Of a stretch of 64,000 nt of DNA, positions 10,533 through 22,400 are shown piece by piece. Source of the stretch: the human T2T-CHM13v2.0 reference genome, Homo sapiens; assembly GCA_009914755.4 (NCBI GenBank), contig CP086569.2:4256001-4320000 (forward strand). Reading direction: 5' to 3'. The position numbers were made by a program, and so were the translations under genes. The notes under the pieces are model-generated. The model worked only from the letters and a program-made list of their open reading frames with translations, ran no database searches and was not told where the DNA came from. Every line of letters starts with the position of its first letter. The first letter of the stretch is position 1.

Positions 10533-13500
10533 AATTCCAAGGATGAAACCCACTTGATAATAATAAATTATTTATTTGACATGCTGTTGGATTGAATTTG
10601 CTAGTATTTTGTTGAGGATTTTGCATCTGTGTTCATCAAGGGTATTGGTCTGTGCTATCCTTTTGGCTGTTGTTGTTGTATCACTGCCTGGTTTTGGTAC
10701 AAAGGTGATACTGGATTTGTAGAATAAGTTATAGAGGGATCCCTCCTCTTCAATTTTGTTGAAATTATTTTGGTATCAGCTTTTCTATATACATTTGGTT
10801 AAAAACTGGCTGTGAGTCTGTCTGGTCCTGGCCTTTTATTTGCTGGAAGATTTTTTATTACTAATTTGATTTCATTGCTCAATATGGATCTGTTCAGAGT
10901 TTCTTTCTTCCTGGTTCAGTCTTGGAGGTTGTATGTTTCCAGCAAAATATCCATTTCTTCTAGGTTTTCCAGTTTGTGCATGTAGAGATGTTCACAGGAT
11001 TCTCTGATGATCTATTGTATTTTTGTGATATCAATTGTAATGTCACCTTTATCATTTCTTTTCTCTTTTTTTCCTAGTTTAGTCTAGCTCGCAGTCAGTC
11101 AATATTGTTTTTTCTTTCAAAGAACCAGATATACTGTTTCAAAGAAACAGATTATTTGGATGGTTTTTTTAAATTTAATTCTGCTGCATTCTCTGTTAAT
11201 TCTTTTTTTCCCCTAGCTTTTGGTTTTATTTGTTCTTCCTTTTCTATTTTCTTATGATGCAACCCTACATTGTTAATTTAAAATATTTTTAGCTTTTTGA
11301 TGTAGGTGTTTAATGCTATAAACTTGTTCTGAGCACTGGTTTTGCTGTATCCCAGCTGTTTTGGTGTGTTTTGTCTCTTTTCATTCTTGTTAAAAAAAAT
11401 TGTTGATTTCTGTCTTAATTTCATTGTTTAACCAGGAGACATTCAGGAGCAAGTTCTTTAGTTTCCATGTACTTGTTTAGTTTTTAAGAGTTCTTCTTGG
11501 AATTGATTTCTAATTTTTTCCACTGTGGTCAAAGTGGATGCTTGACATGATTTTGATGTTTTTGAATTTATTGAGATTTGGTTTTTTACCATGCATGTGG
11601 TAAATTTCAGGGGATATTCTGTGCACAGGTGAAAAGAATATGTATTGTGTGGTTTGGGAGTAAAATGTTCTGTAAATGTCTATTAGGTATATTTGGTCAG
11701 TAGTCCAGTTTATATCCAGAGTTGCTTTGTTGATTTTCTGCATCATTAATCTGGCTAGTGATGTCAGTTTGGTGTTGATATCCACTATTATTATTGTACT
11801 GTTGTTAATCTGTTTTCTTAGGTTGGGTCGTACTAGTTTTAATCTGGGTGCTCTGGTGTTGGGTGCATATATATTTAGAATAGTTAAAACTTTCTGTTGC
11901 GTAGAAACCTTTATGTTATAATGGCCTTCTTTGTCTTGTTTTCTGCTGTTGGCCTAAAATCTGTTTTATCCAATATAATAAAGATTACTCCTGATCACAT
12001 TTATTTTGCATTTGTGTGATTTTTTTTTTCCCACCCTTTTACTTTGAGTCCTAACGTACCTTGAAACAGTACATGGATCTCTTGTAGACAGCAGATGGTT
12101 GGGTCTTATTATCATTTTTTTAAATCCAATTTGCCAGTCTCTATCTTTTAAGTAAGCCATTAAGGCCATTTTCATTCAAGATCAATATTGATGTGTGAAG
12201 TTTTGTTCCTAAAGTAGTGAGATGTTTGCAAGTGAGATGTTTTAATTCTGTTTCAATTCTGCAGGTTTTTTTAATAAGATCTATGAGTTTTATAGCTGTG
12301 TGTGCTTTTCTGATGGTGATTGTTATCCTTATGTTTCCATGTTTAAAACTCCTTTAAGCATTTCTTGTAGGAATGGTCTTGTGGTGACATATTTCCTTAG
12401 AGTTTACTTGTCTGAGAATGACTACATTTCTCCTTCGTTTATGAAGCTTAGTTTGACAGCACAGAAAATTATTAGCTGATATTCTTTTCTTCTTCTCTAA
12501 GGAGGCTAAAAATAGGTCCCCAATCTCTCCTGGCTATTAGGGTTTCTGGTGACAATTCTGCTGTTAATCAGAAAAGTTTTACTTTTGGATTAGTGCATTC
12601 TAACATGGCTGTAAAAAATACCAGAGACTGGATAGGTTATAAAAAAAAAAAAAAAGAGGTTTAATTGCCTCATGGTTGCATGGTTACATGATACTGGTAT
12701 CTTATCACTCCTGGAAAGGCCTCAGGAAACCTCCAATCATGGTGAAAGGCAAAGGGGAAGCAGGCTTGGCTTATATGTCCAGAGTGGGAGTAATAGAGAG
12801 AGGAGGAAGGTGCCAAAATCTTTTAAACAACCAGATCTTAGAAGAACTCACTATCACAAGAAAAGCACCAAAAGGATGGTGCTCTCATTCATGAGAAACC
12901 ACTGCCATGATCCAGTTACCTCCCACCAGGCCCTTCCTCAAACACTGGTGGCTACAATTCTACATGAGATTTAGGTGAGGAAACAGATCCAAACAATATC
13001 ATCCTGCCAATGGCCCCTCCAAATCTCATGTTTTTCTCACGTGTCAAAATACAGTCATGCCTTTCCAACAGTCCCCCAAAGACTTAACTTATTCCAGCAT
13101 TAATGCAAAAGTTCACAGTCCCAAGTCTCATATGAGACAAGGCTAGTCCCTTCCACCTATGTGATTGCAAAATAAAAGAAAAAAAAGTCAGTTACTTGCA
13201 AGATACAATGGAGGGATAGGCATTGGCTAAATAGTCCTGTTCCAAAAGGGAGAAATCAACCAAAAGAAAGAGGATATAGGCTCCATGCAAGTCTTAAACC
13301 CAGAAGAGCAGTCATTAAATTTTAAAGCTCCAAAATAACCTCCTTTGACTCCATGCTCCACATCCAGGACATACTGATGCTAGGGGTGGGCTCCCACATC
13401 CTTGGGCAGCTCTACCCCTGTGGCTTTGCAGGGAACAGCCTGTGCAGCTGCTCTCATGGGCTGGTGCTGAGTACCTGTGGCTTTTTCAGGTGCATGGTAC

Positions 13501-14326
13501 AAGCTGTCAGTGGCTCTACTATTCCACGATCTGGAAGACAGTGGTCATCTTGTCACAGCTTCACTAGGCAGTGTCTCAGTGTGGACTCTGTGTGGGGGAT
13601 CCAACCTGACATTTCCCCTCCCACTGCCCTAGTAGAGGTTCTCTATGAGGGCTCTGCCCCTGCAGCAGGTTTCTACCTGGACATCTAGACTTTTGCACAC
13701 ATCCTCTGAAATCTAGTAGTAGACTCCCTAGACTCAGCTCTTGCACTCTATGGACCGTATTTAACTCTATGGACTCTATTTAACACCTTGTAGCAACTGT
13801 CAAGGCTTATAGGTTGCACCCTCTGCAGCAGCAGCATGAGTTGTACCTTGGCCCCTTTTGGCCATGGCTGGAGCTGGAAAGGCTTGGATACAGGGATCAG
13901 TGTCCTGAGGTCGTACAGGGTGGCGGGGCCCTGGGCTTGGCCCTCCAAACCATCTTTTCCTCTTAAGCCTCTGGTCATGTGATGGGAAGGGCTGCCATGA
14001 AGGTCTGTGAAATGGCTTTGAGGCCTTTTCCCCTTTGTCTTGGCTATTAGCATTTGCAATCTTTTTAGTTATGCAAATTTCTGCAGCCTGCTTGAATTCC
14101 TCCCATGAAAATGGGCTTTTCTTTTCTAATGCATGACCAAGCTGCAAAGTTTCAAAATTTTATGCTCTGCTTCCCTTTTAAATATATGCTCCAGTTTTTC
14201 ATCATTGCTTTGCTCACACTTATGAACATAGGCTGTTAGACATGGCCAGGTCATACCTTGAATGCTTTGCTGCTTAGAAATTTATTCCACCAAATACCCT
14301 AAACCATCACTCTCAAGTTCAAAGTT

Positions 14327-14554
14327 TTACAGATCCTTAGGGCAGGTGCACAGTGCCACCAGGTTCGTTGCTAATGCATAACAAAAGTGATCTTTGCTCC
14401 ACTTCCCAATAAGTTCCTCATCCCCATCTGAGACCTCGTCAGCCAGGACTTCATTGTCCATATCACTATAGGCATTTTGGTCACAACAATTTAACAAGTC
14501 CCTAAGAATTTCCAAGTTTTCCCTCATGTTTGTCTTCTTCTGAGCCCTCCACAA
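14327..14554 (-). pseudogene. MaLR internal gag-like ORF remnant, 75 aa
   Basis: The translation ...CDQNAYSDMDNEVLADEVSDGDEELIGKWSKDHFCYALATNLVALCTCPKDL is clearly homologous to the ORF at 63136-63456 (...DQNANSDMDNKVQAEVGSDGDEEFIGNWSKGYSCYKNRLVAFCLSPRDL) in the second MaLR. Confidence 0.6.
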
Positions 14555-14963
14555 TCTTCCAACATCTGCCCATTATCCAGTTCCAACATTGCTTTGATAG
14601 TTTTAGAAATCTCTATAGCAGTGTCCCACTACTTGGTACCAATTTTTTGTATTAGTGTGTTCTCACATTGCTATAAAGAAATACCTGACACTGGGTAATT
14701 TATAAAGAAAAAAACTTAATTGGCTCACAGTTCTGCAAGCTGTACAGGTAGCATGATGCTGACATCTGCTTGGCTTCTGGAGAGGCCTCAGGAAACTTTC
14801 AATCATGACAGAAGGTAAAGGGGAAGCAGGCACATCTTACATGGCCAGAGCAGGAGCAAGAGAGAGAGGCAGAAACTGCCACACCCTTTTAAACAATCAG
14901 TTCTCATAAAAAGTCGCTTTCACAAGAATAGCAACAAGGGGATAGTGGTAAACCATTCATGAG

Positions 14964-15505
14964 CAATGTGATGGTTAATACTGAGTGTCAACTTGATTGG
15001 ATTGAGGGATACAAATTATTAGCCCTGGATGTGTCTGTGTGGGTGTTGCCAAAAGAGATTAACATTTGATTCAGTGGGCTGGGGAAGGCAGATCCACCCT
15101 TAATCTGGTGGGCACAATCTAATCAGCTTCCAGTGAACATAAAGCAGGCAGGAAAACATGAAGAAACGAGAGGGGCGAGCCTCCCAGCCTACATCTTTCT
15201 CCCATGCTGGATGCTTCCTGCTCTTGAACATCAGACTCCAAGTTCTTCAATTTTGGGACTCGGACTGGCTCTCCGTGCTCCTCAGCTTGCAGACAGCCTA
15301 TTCTGAGACCTTGTGATCATGTAAGTTAATATGGAATATATTATATATATGTTATATAGGAGCTGTGCCAAAATGACCACTGTCTTCCTGACCCTGGAAT
15401 AGTAAAGCCACTGACAGCTTGTATAGTTTTATATATATGTATAGTTATATATATATATATATATCCTATTAGTTCTATCCCTCTGAGAGAACCCTGACTA
15501 ATACA
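14964..15505 (+). mobile_element. Nested MaLR-type LTR inserted inside the 5' LTR of the MaLR element
   Basis: It splits the THE1-like LTR, which resumes at 15506 with agacacttctgccataatccaattacctcccacag. It starts caatgtgatggttaatactgagtgtcaacttgattggattgaggg and ends ccctctgagagaaccctgactaataca. It contains AT dinucleotide runs and a 65-bp inverted MaLR-int fragment at 15361-15425. Confidence 0.5.
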
Positions 15506-16360
15506 AGACACTTCTGCCATAATCCAATTACCTCCCACAGACCGCAACTTCAACACTGAGGGTTATAGTTTCACGAGATTTGGATGAGGACACAGATTCA
15601 AACCATATAAACTTTATAGGTGTTTTGACCCTTTTCTCTGGCTGCCTTTAAGAATTTTTCTGTACCATTGACCTTGGATAGTCTGATAACTACATGCCTT
15701 GTTCATGTGTGTATTTTTATAATATCTTGAAGGTTTTCTTTAAAATTCTTGTATCTGCACAACTGCTTCTCTAGAGAGATTAGGGAAGTTTTCTTGAATT
15801 ACTATTTTTTTTAGATGGCTTACTTTTTATTCTCTCTCAGGAATGTCTATAAGTCATAGGTTTGATCACTTTACATAATTCTATATTTCTCAAAGCTTTG
15901 TTTTTTAAATTATTTTTTCTTTATTTTGTTTGTCTTAATTCAAAAACTGGTCTTCAAGCTCTGAAATTCTTTCTTGTGCTTAGTCTAGTCTACTGTTAAA
16001 GCTTTCCACTGTATTTGGAAGTTTCTTAAGTGATTTTTTTTTTAATTTTGAGAAGTTCTCTTTGTTGTTTTTCCTTTATCATGTCTTCCTTTATTTCCTC
16101 AATTGCTTTCATGATGTCTTTGTGTTAATTTTCAACCTTCTCTTGGACGTCATTATACTTCCTTGTAATTCATGCTTTGAATACATCATCTGTCATTTCT
16201 GAGTTTTAAATGTTTTTAGGGTCTGTTGCTAGAGAGTTAGTATGATTTCTTGGTGTTGTGACTACATTCTGGTTTTTCATGATGCCAGAATTTTTATGCT
16301 GCTTCTTTCTCATCTGGAGAAGTTGGCACTTCTTTTTGAATTTATTTTTGCTTGGATGGT

Positions 16361-16420
16361 CTCTTCTCTCTCTCTCTCTTTCCCCCTCTCTCTCCCTGTC
16401 TCTCTCTCTCCACCCCCGCC
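16361..16420. repeat. (TC)n polypyrimidine microsatellite followed by a C-rich run
   Basis: tctctctctctctctctc ... ctctctctctccacccccgccccccc. Confidence 0.9.
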
Positions 16421-19400
16421 CCCCCCAACCCTTAATATATATATTCTTCTTTTAGGGAGTGTGACTATAGAGTATGTCGGGTACAGCCTTTTGTCTTTGC
16501 TCCTATAGCTATTTGCACTTCTGTCAGCAGGCTTTTTCTTGGTCTGTGCAGTTTGACCTGCAGGCCAGTAGGTGATGCTTATGCTTAAGACGCAATAGAG
16601 GCAGGAGCCACTGTGTGTGTATTTGATTTGTGTTTAACTTGAAGTATTTTCTACTTTCCTTAGGTGATGCGCTGCACATTGGAATGCCTACTACCCTCAG
16701 CTTCGGGTTCAGTGTGGTGGGGGGAACACAGCGGAGCAGAGCGTGACTCCCTGACTTCCTCACAGTTTCCTCAGTGACAAGCACAGATGACTGGGGTGGC
16801 TGGGGGAGCTCCTGGTGAGATGCACTGAGGTCATTGCATGGGGTGAATGATTGTTCCAGCTCCATGTGCTAGATATGCAGGAATGTGATTAGCTTTTCTA
16901 TCACACTCCTGTCCCACTGCTTATGATTCAGATTCACACTTTTGTCTACCTTCAGGCTACAGTGTAGCTGAGACACATGGAAATGCCTGTACTGTAGCAT
17001 TCTGTGGGAGTGGTTTCAGGATGGAACCTCTTCACTCAGCCCAGTACAGACAGCTTTATGGCTCACCTCTTCTCCAATGTCGCAAGGCTGCTGCTTTGTG
17101 CTGAGGAGGGTAGGGGCTCCACCTTTTGACCCACGCACGTGGGCAGCAGTTGTGATGGTATCCGCTAGTTGGGCTGGCCTGACCTCCTGGTGGGTAGTCA
17201 GGTGCCAGGAGTCGTGGACCAGGTTAGATAACTTCTTGACTTTCAGGCCCCTAAGTGGCCCACTGGATGGCATATATGAGTCCAGAAGGGGCTAGACCAG
17301 GATTATATCAGCCCAGAATTTAGGAGCTGCTGTGATTAGGAGGGATGGATTGGTCTCTGGGTCACTGACAGAACAGTCAGGTTAGGGCAGGGAGAATGCT
17401 CAGGCAGTGGAAGTCAGAGGGAAGATCACAGGCCTTAGAGGCTGGGCTGCAGGTGAAATGGTCAGGAAAGAGCAGGATGGCTGTACTGTGAGCTTCTTAC
17501 TGGGAAAGTTAGGACCCCATGGCTGGGGTAGTGAAAACTGGCAGCTGCGGGGCATATGGCCTGCTTGCAGTTTCCTGCCATAGAAGTGGCACTGGGTTTC
17601 ACCATTGGGAGCATGTAAAGTTGCCTGGCCTACCCATACCCTCCCTGGTCCTAGGGTGGCAGGGGTGGACAGAGGCAGCAGTGACATATGCCCAGGATGG
17701 CCTATCAGTGGCCCTGGAAGTTCAGCTATAGCCACAGTCTTCAGATGGGGACAGGGTGGGTGCACTGGGAGACTGTTACTGTGTAAGTAAGCTCCACCTG
17801 GAAAAGAGCTACAAAGGCAAGGGGTCACGCAGTGTGCAGTCTGCCTTCTTCTCCACACTGTGGCTGCAGGTTCTGTCTTACATGCATGCAAAAATGCCCC
17901 ACCTCCTCATTACATTCCTAGCCTGTGGTTGGCAGTGGCAGAGGCAGGTGTGGTAGCACTTAGGCTCTCAGAGGAATGCTGAGCTGTGGTCACAGTGTTC
18001 AACTTGGGGAAGGGGAGCTGCACTGCACCACAAGGTTGTCACTGAAGCAGGCAAGCCCTGCATGGGAAGAAGCCACAGAGGTGGGGGATCATGCATTGCA
18101 TAGTCTGCCCATGCCTCTGTGCCCTGATTTTGGTATCTACTTTGACAGTGCCTAAAAGTGCCCTGCCTCCATGTTCCCTGCCTGGCCCATGGATAGCAGA
18201 GGCAAAGGCAGCAGTGTCAGAGGCTGCAGAGAGCATATTACCAGCCTCTGGGAGTTAAGCTTCAGTTGCAGTGTTCAGGTGGGGATGGGGCTGGTGTGCT
18301 GGAGGCCTGTCTCCAAAGCAGACTAACCCAATTTGGTGGGGTTCAATAGAGGTGAAGGGTCATGTAATGTGTCATCCGCCTGCTGCTTTGTACAATGGGA
18401 GTGGCATCTGTCCTGAGGGTAGTATCTGTCCTGGGAGTGTGCAAAAGTGCTTGGCCTCTCTCCTTGGCAAGGCAGTGGTGGCTGGCATGGAGCTGCTTGG
18501 GTATCAAAAGCTTGTTGATTCCATGTGGGCTTGAGCAGTACCTTTGCTCAGTCTCCAGGCAGCTCCCCATTTCAATCTGGAGACCCGCTGGGGGAGAGGG
18601 GTTAAAAAGGACTCTCCTGTCATGAGGGTTGTAAAGGTCCATGATGGAAGTGTGGAACCCCTTGGGTCTCTCACTCACTCACCCCTTCCATATGTTAGGA
18701 GGCCTCTCCCAGGTTCACACCAGTACTGGCTCTTCAGGCTGCGTAGCTTCACTCTCCTCTGCTTTCTATGGTTCCCAATGCTTCCCTGGTGAATTTAAGG
18801 ATACTCCCTTAGACAATCCACTGGAAGTGCCAATATGTACTTACTATTTTAATTCTTCTCCATGATATAGGCACTCACTAGCTGTTTCTAGTCAGCCATC
18901 TTGAACAGGGATAGCTTCTCCCATATTTAGTGTGAGACCTGCTCCAGCTTCTGGAGGTAAATTTAACTCACATTAGTATGGTGTACCTGCTTTCACTGGG
19001 TCCTCCTGGAGTTTTAACTATCAGACTTGTACACACAAAGCCTTAAGCAATTTATCAATTATAGCTTGTGTTTTCCTACTCCATCACTGTTACCTGTTGT
19101 GGTTTTTGCTTATGAGTTTCTTCTCCAATAAGCTCTGACTCTTAGTAAGCCTATCTGCCTCTCCAATCTTGGGAGCAATGGTTTTCCCTGTGTCCTTGCA
19201 TTTCTTATTTATCCGGAAGAGTAGTACATTTTTCAGGCTTCTTAATTTTTTTCCTTGCTAGAAAGAAGTGGCATCTTCCAAGCTCCTTACATGCAGAACT
19301 GGAAAACAAAAGCCCTATTTTCAGAATTGTCATGCACAGAATATGTTCTTTAATTTCATTTTCACATGTCAAAATCTAATGTTAATTGTTATAAGAAATA

Positions 19401-19439
19401 TTAGTTAATGAAATATTTGTTTTATATTTTCTCCAGACT

Positions 19440-20200
19440 TTTTCATTTCATATAAATATTATCATATATGTGGTCTTTGTGACTGCCTTCTTTTGCCTAA
19501 CATTACGTTTTCAAAATTTATCTAGTATGTATCAGTATGCTATTCCCTTTTATGGTTAAATAATATTCCACCGTATGCCTACATAACAGTCTGTTTATCT
19601 GATCATCTTTTGTATGAATATTTGATTTCTTTCCACTTTTGAGCTATTATTTATAATACTGATGTGAACACTCATGTAAAACATTTTCAGTGGACACAAG
19701 TTTTTATTTCTCTTGAGTATATATCTAAAGTGGAATGCAGAATAGGTGGGTTATGTGGTAAGTATATGTAAAATTTAGAATAACTTTCAGAGTGTTTTAC
19801 AAAGTACCTGCTACATTTTACATTTTTACAACCAATATGTGAGAGTTCTGATTTTTCCACATCTTCACCAACACTTGTTTTTGTTTTTTTTTTAAATTAT
19901 AGGCTTCCTCTATGAAATGGTTACTCATCTTTGTTTTCGTTTTCATTTCCCTGATGACTAACAATATTGGATATCTTTTTATGTGTGAATTGGTCATTTT
20001 ATATACAATTTGAAGAAATGTTTATTAATGTTTTTGCCTGTATTATTTGTCTTTTTATTATTCAGTTGTATGAGTTCTCCAAATAATCTTGACGCAAGTC
20101 TCTCATCAGATTCATGATCTGCAAATATTGTCTTCCATTCTGTGTGTAAACATCTTTATAATCTCAACTTTATTTGGACTAATGTCTAAAATGGCTATCA
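19440..20200 (-). mobile_element. L1 3'-end fragment (L1M-like)
   Basis: Reverse-complement L1 3' motifs: ggttaaataatattccaccgtatg, gtgaacactcatgtaaaacatttt and gagagttctgatttttccacatcttcaccaacacttg. Confidence 0.55.
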
Positions 20201-20214
20201 ATGTAAGACATAAG

Positions 20215-20612
20215 CATTTGCCTCCAAGAATTTGTATCTTGAAACTAAATTACCAACATGGTAGTATTAAGAGGTGCGGCCATTAGGAAGTGATGAAATT
20301 GAGGAAGGAAGTCTTCAGGGATTGGATTGGGGCTTTATAAAAAAGGCTTGAGGAATGGGTTCACTATCCTCTGCTTCTCTGCCATATGATAATACAATGT
20401 TCATCCCCTTGCTGTCCTTCCTATCCCTTCCATCATGTGAGGATATCTAGATGATGCCATGTGTAAGGAACAGGCCTTTACTAGAAACCAAATATACCAG
20501 TGTCTGGAGATTGGACTTTTCAGCTTCCAGAACTGTGAGGAAATAAATTTCTGTTCTTTATAAATTATCTAGTCTCAAGTGTTTTGTTATAGCAGCATGA
20601 ACTGACAAGATA
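20215..20612 (+). mobile_element. Solitary MaLR-type LTR (same family as 6688-7068)
   Basis: ggggctttataaaaaaggc ... ccatcatgtgaggatat ... cttccagaactgtgaggaaataaatttctgttctttataaattatctagtctcaagtgttttgttatagcagcatgaactgacaagata. Confidence 0.5.
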
Positions 20613-22269
20613 ATATTCTTACACAAATTAATATAAAGCTAGATGGGTGGGACACATGAGAACAATTTACCAATAAGTAGTTTTAAATAAAATACTGAGA
20701 AAATGAATTCCTCAGTTAAATAAAAATAACATACAAAGATCTATGTGTGTGTATATATAATATCTATCCATATCTATATAAACTTGACTTTACATATACA
20801 CAAGGAAAATATGTTGTAAGATTCCATGTGGAGTTGCATTTCAAGAAAATATTTAGTTTAAGCTAAGTTATAAAGAGCAATGTTAGATAACATACACATC
20901 TTATAATAGTCTGTAATCGTATTTCCTTTCATTACAGATAAAACTTGAAATTTGAGAAAGTATTATTGCAAAATGTGAAATATGCTAATGTGAAGGTGCC
21001 TGAATGAATTGTTCAAGAGCTGTCTTATTGGAAAAATAAATTTAACTACATCTTTATTAACTTAAGCATAGTATACTGAAATTTGCTTACAGCAGTCAAC
21101 TCTGAGCAATTCTTCTGGCCAAAATGTAATGACAATGCTTTACTTCTATTATCTGAGATTGAAACAAATTCTGCCCATAATTTCTGGGTGATAAAAAGCT
21201 AAGAGTTTTAAAATTAAGCAGATTTCATTTGACAACTGAGCTGAAATTTTGAGTCAGCCCTAAACTCCAATCTGCTATGTCCTTTTCACTTTTGGTGACC
21301 TTTTACTATGCTTTAACTTTAGTGCCTTAACTTGGTAAAATTGAAAGAAGAACAAAATAAATGTTGTGAGAGAAACTTGATTTCTCTATATTATAATTTG
21401 ATTGTAAAATAATCACATTAATGATTCTAAGTCCCTTAATAATTGATTTACTAGCAGATATATTATCAAGCAAACACTAGTTAATGTTACTTTGTCACAT
21501 ATAATTACAATGCAAATTAAACATACACAACGCATGCCCTCAAGGAATTTATATACCACAACAGACATAATCACAAAGATACACATAAATGTATATACAT
21601 CATATGACCAAATTTATATTTTTGTGTTGAAATTATTAGTAATATAATAAATATACAAATCAAGTATTATTTCTATAATGTATAAGGTTATTAATTTTAA
21701 CTAGCATAGTACCCATGTTATTTTTGTTTTGAGACACATGTATCATATATTACTGAAGTATAACAACATGAAACAGAGGACAGAACTATATTTTTGATAC
21801 ATTATATTCATAGCTTAAATGTAGCTTATTTTTTGGATGTATGCTTATTTATTTGAGAATCTATCTTTTTGTTCCAAGAAAGTAGTTTTGGACTCATGCT
21901 ACAGCTCATCAATTAATTGCATGAATGTGATATGCAGTTTTTGTGCGCCTTAAAATTTAAATTATGCAGTATATATGTCAAATGATCTGCAAACTAAATA
22001 TGAAAGCAATATTACATATAATTTAGGACAACTATAAGACACTTTTTATAGTGTGTTTTTTTAATATAAACTCTGTTAACAGGACTAACTAAAAATACCT
22101 AATCTTTGCTCTTCACAAAAATAATGTCAATTATGTCCTGTCCATGTCCAAATTCTATATATCACGTGTCACAAGAAAATTCAATATTCTTTAAAAAGTT
22201 ACCCATAGATTGTGTCTATTATACACAAACAACTGTTGATGTCTGAATATTTTATTGCTATAATAATTG

Positions 22270-22400
22270 TGGATGCCTTTTAATACATTAAAATAAAATG
22301 TTTTAATATTAATTTAATGTTAATGTTAATGAAATGTTTTAATATTAATATTAATAAAATGTTTTAGTATTGATTTAATGTATTAATAATACATTAACAA
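22270..22400. repeat. AT-rich minisatellite with internal palindromic symmetry; units of the form aaatgttttaatattaat(t/a)taat
   Basis: ttaatacattaaaataaaatgttttaatattaatttaatgttaatgttaatgaaatgttttaatattaatattaataaaatgttttagtattgatttaatgtattaataatacattaa. The ends are inverted copies of each other (ttaatacattaa ... ttaatgtattaa). Confidence 0.6.

Larger units (their letters stand above)
12586..15610 (-). mobile_element. Complete ERVL-MaLR element (THE1/MST type): 3' LTR at 12586-13003, internal region at 13004-14647, 5' LTR at 14648-15610 (itself carrying a nested LTR)
   Basis: Both LTRs match the reverse complement of the THE1 LTR: tggattagtgcattctaacatggctgtaaaaaataccagagactgg ... ccaaacaatatca, and tgtattagtgtgttctcacattgctataaagaaatacctgacactgggtaatttataaag ... 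cacagattcaaaccatata. The internal region has MaLR-int motifs and a gag-like ORF remnant at 14327-14554. A 5-bp TSD ACTTT flanks the element at 12581-12585 and 15611-15615. Confidence 0.8.
8445..18915 (-). mobile_element. Near full-length old L1, about 6.9 kb of L1 sequence, split by three insertions: an LTR-like repeat at 8713-9475, an Alu fragment plus (CA)n at 10403-10532, and a complete MaLR at 12586-15610
   Basis: Reverse-complement 3' end at 8445-8712 (ttattgtggtaaaatgtacataac ... tgactactctagttacctc). An ORF2 antisense stretch follows through 9480-12585 and 15611-16520, recognisable by motifs such as gtggtaaatttcagg, ggtcaaagtggatgcttgacatgattttgatgtttttgaatttattgagatttg and catttgtgtgattttttt. 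A GC-rich 5'UTR runs from 16520 to 18915 and ends with ...tagtcagccatcttgaac, the reverse complement of the L1 5' start ccaagatggc. Confidence 0.7.

Noticed and set aside
17400-17891. 163-aa ORF on the minus strand, plus neighbouring ORFs at 17519-18865.
   Set aside because: Same explanation. They fall in the GC-rich 5'UTR of the large minus-strand L1 (16520-18915), where stop codons are rare by composition.
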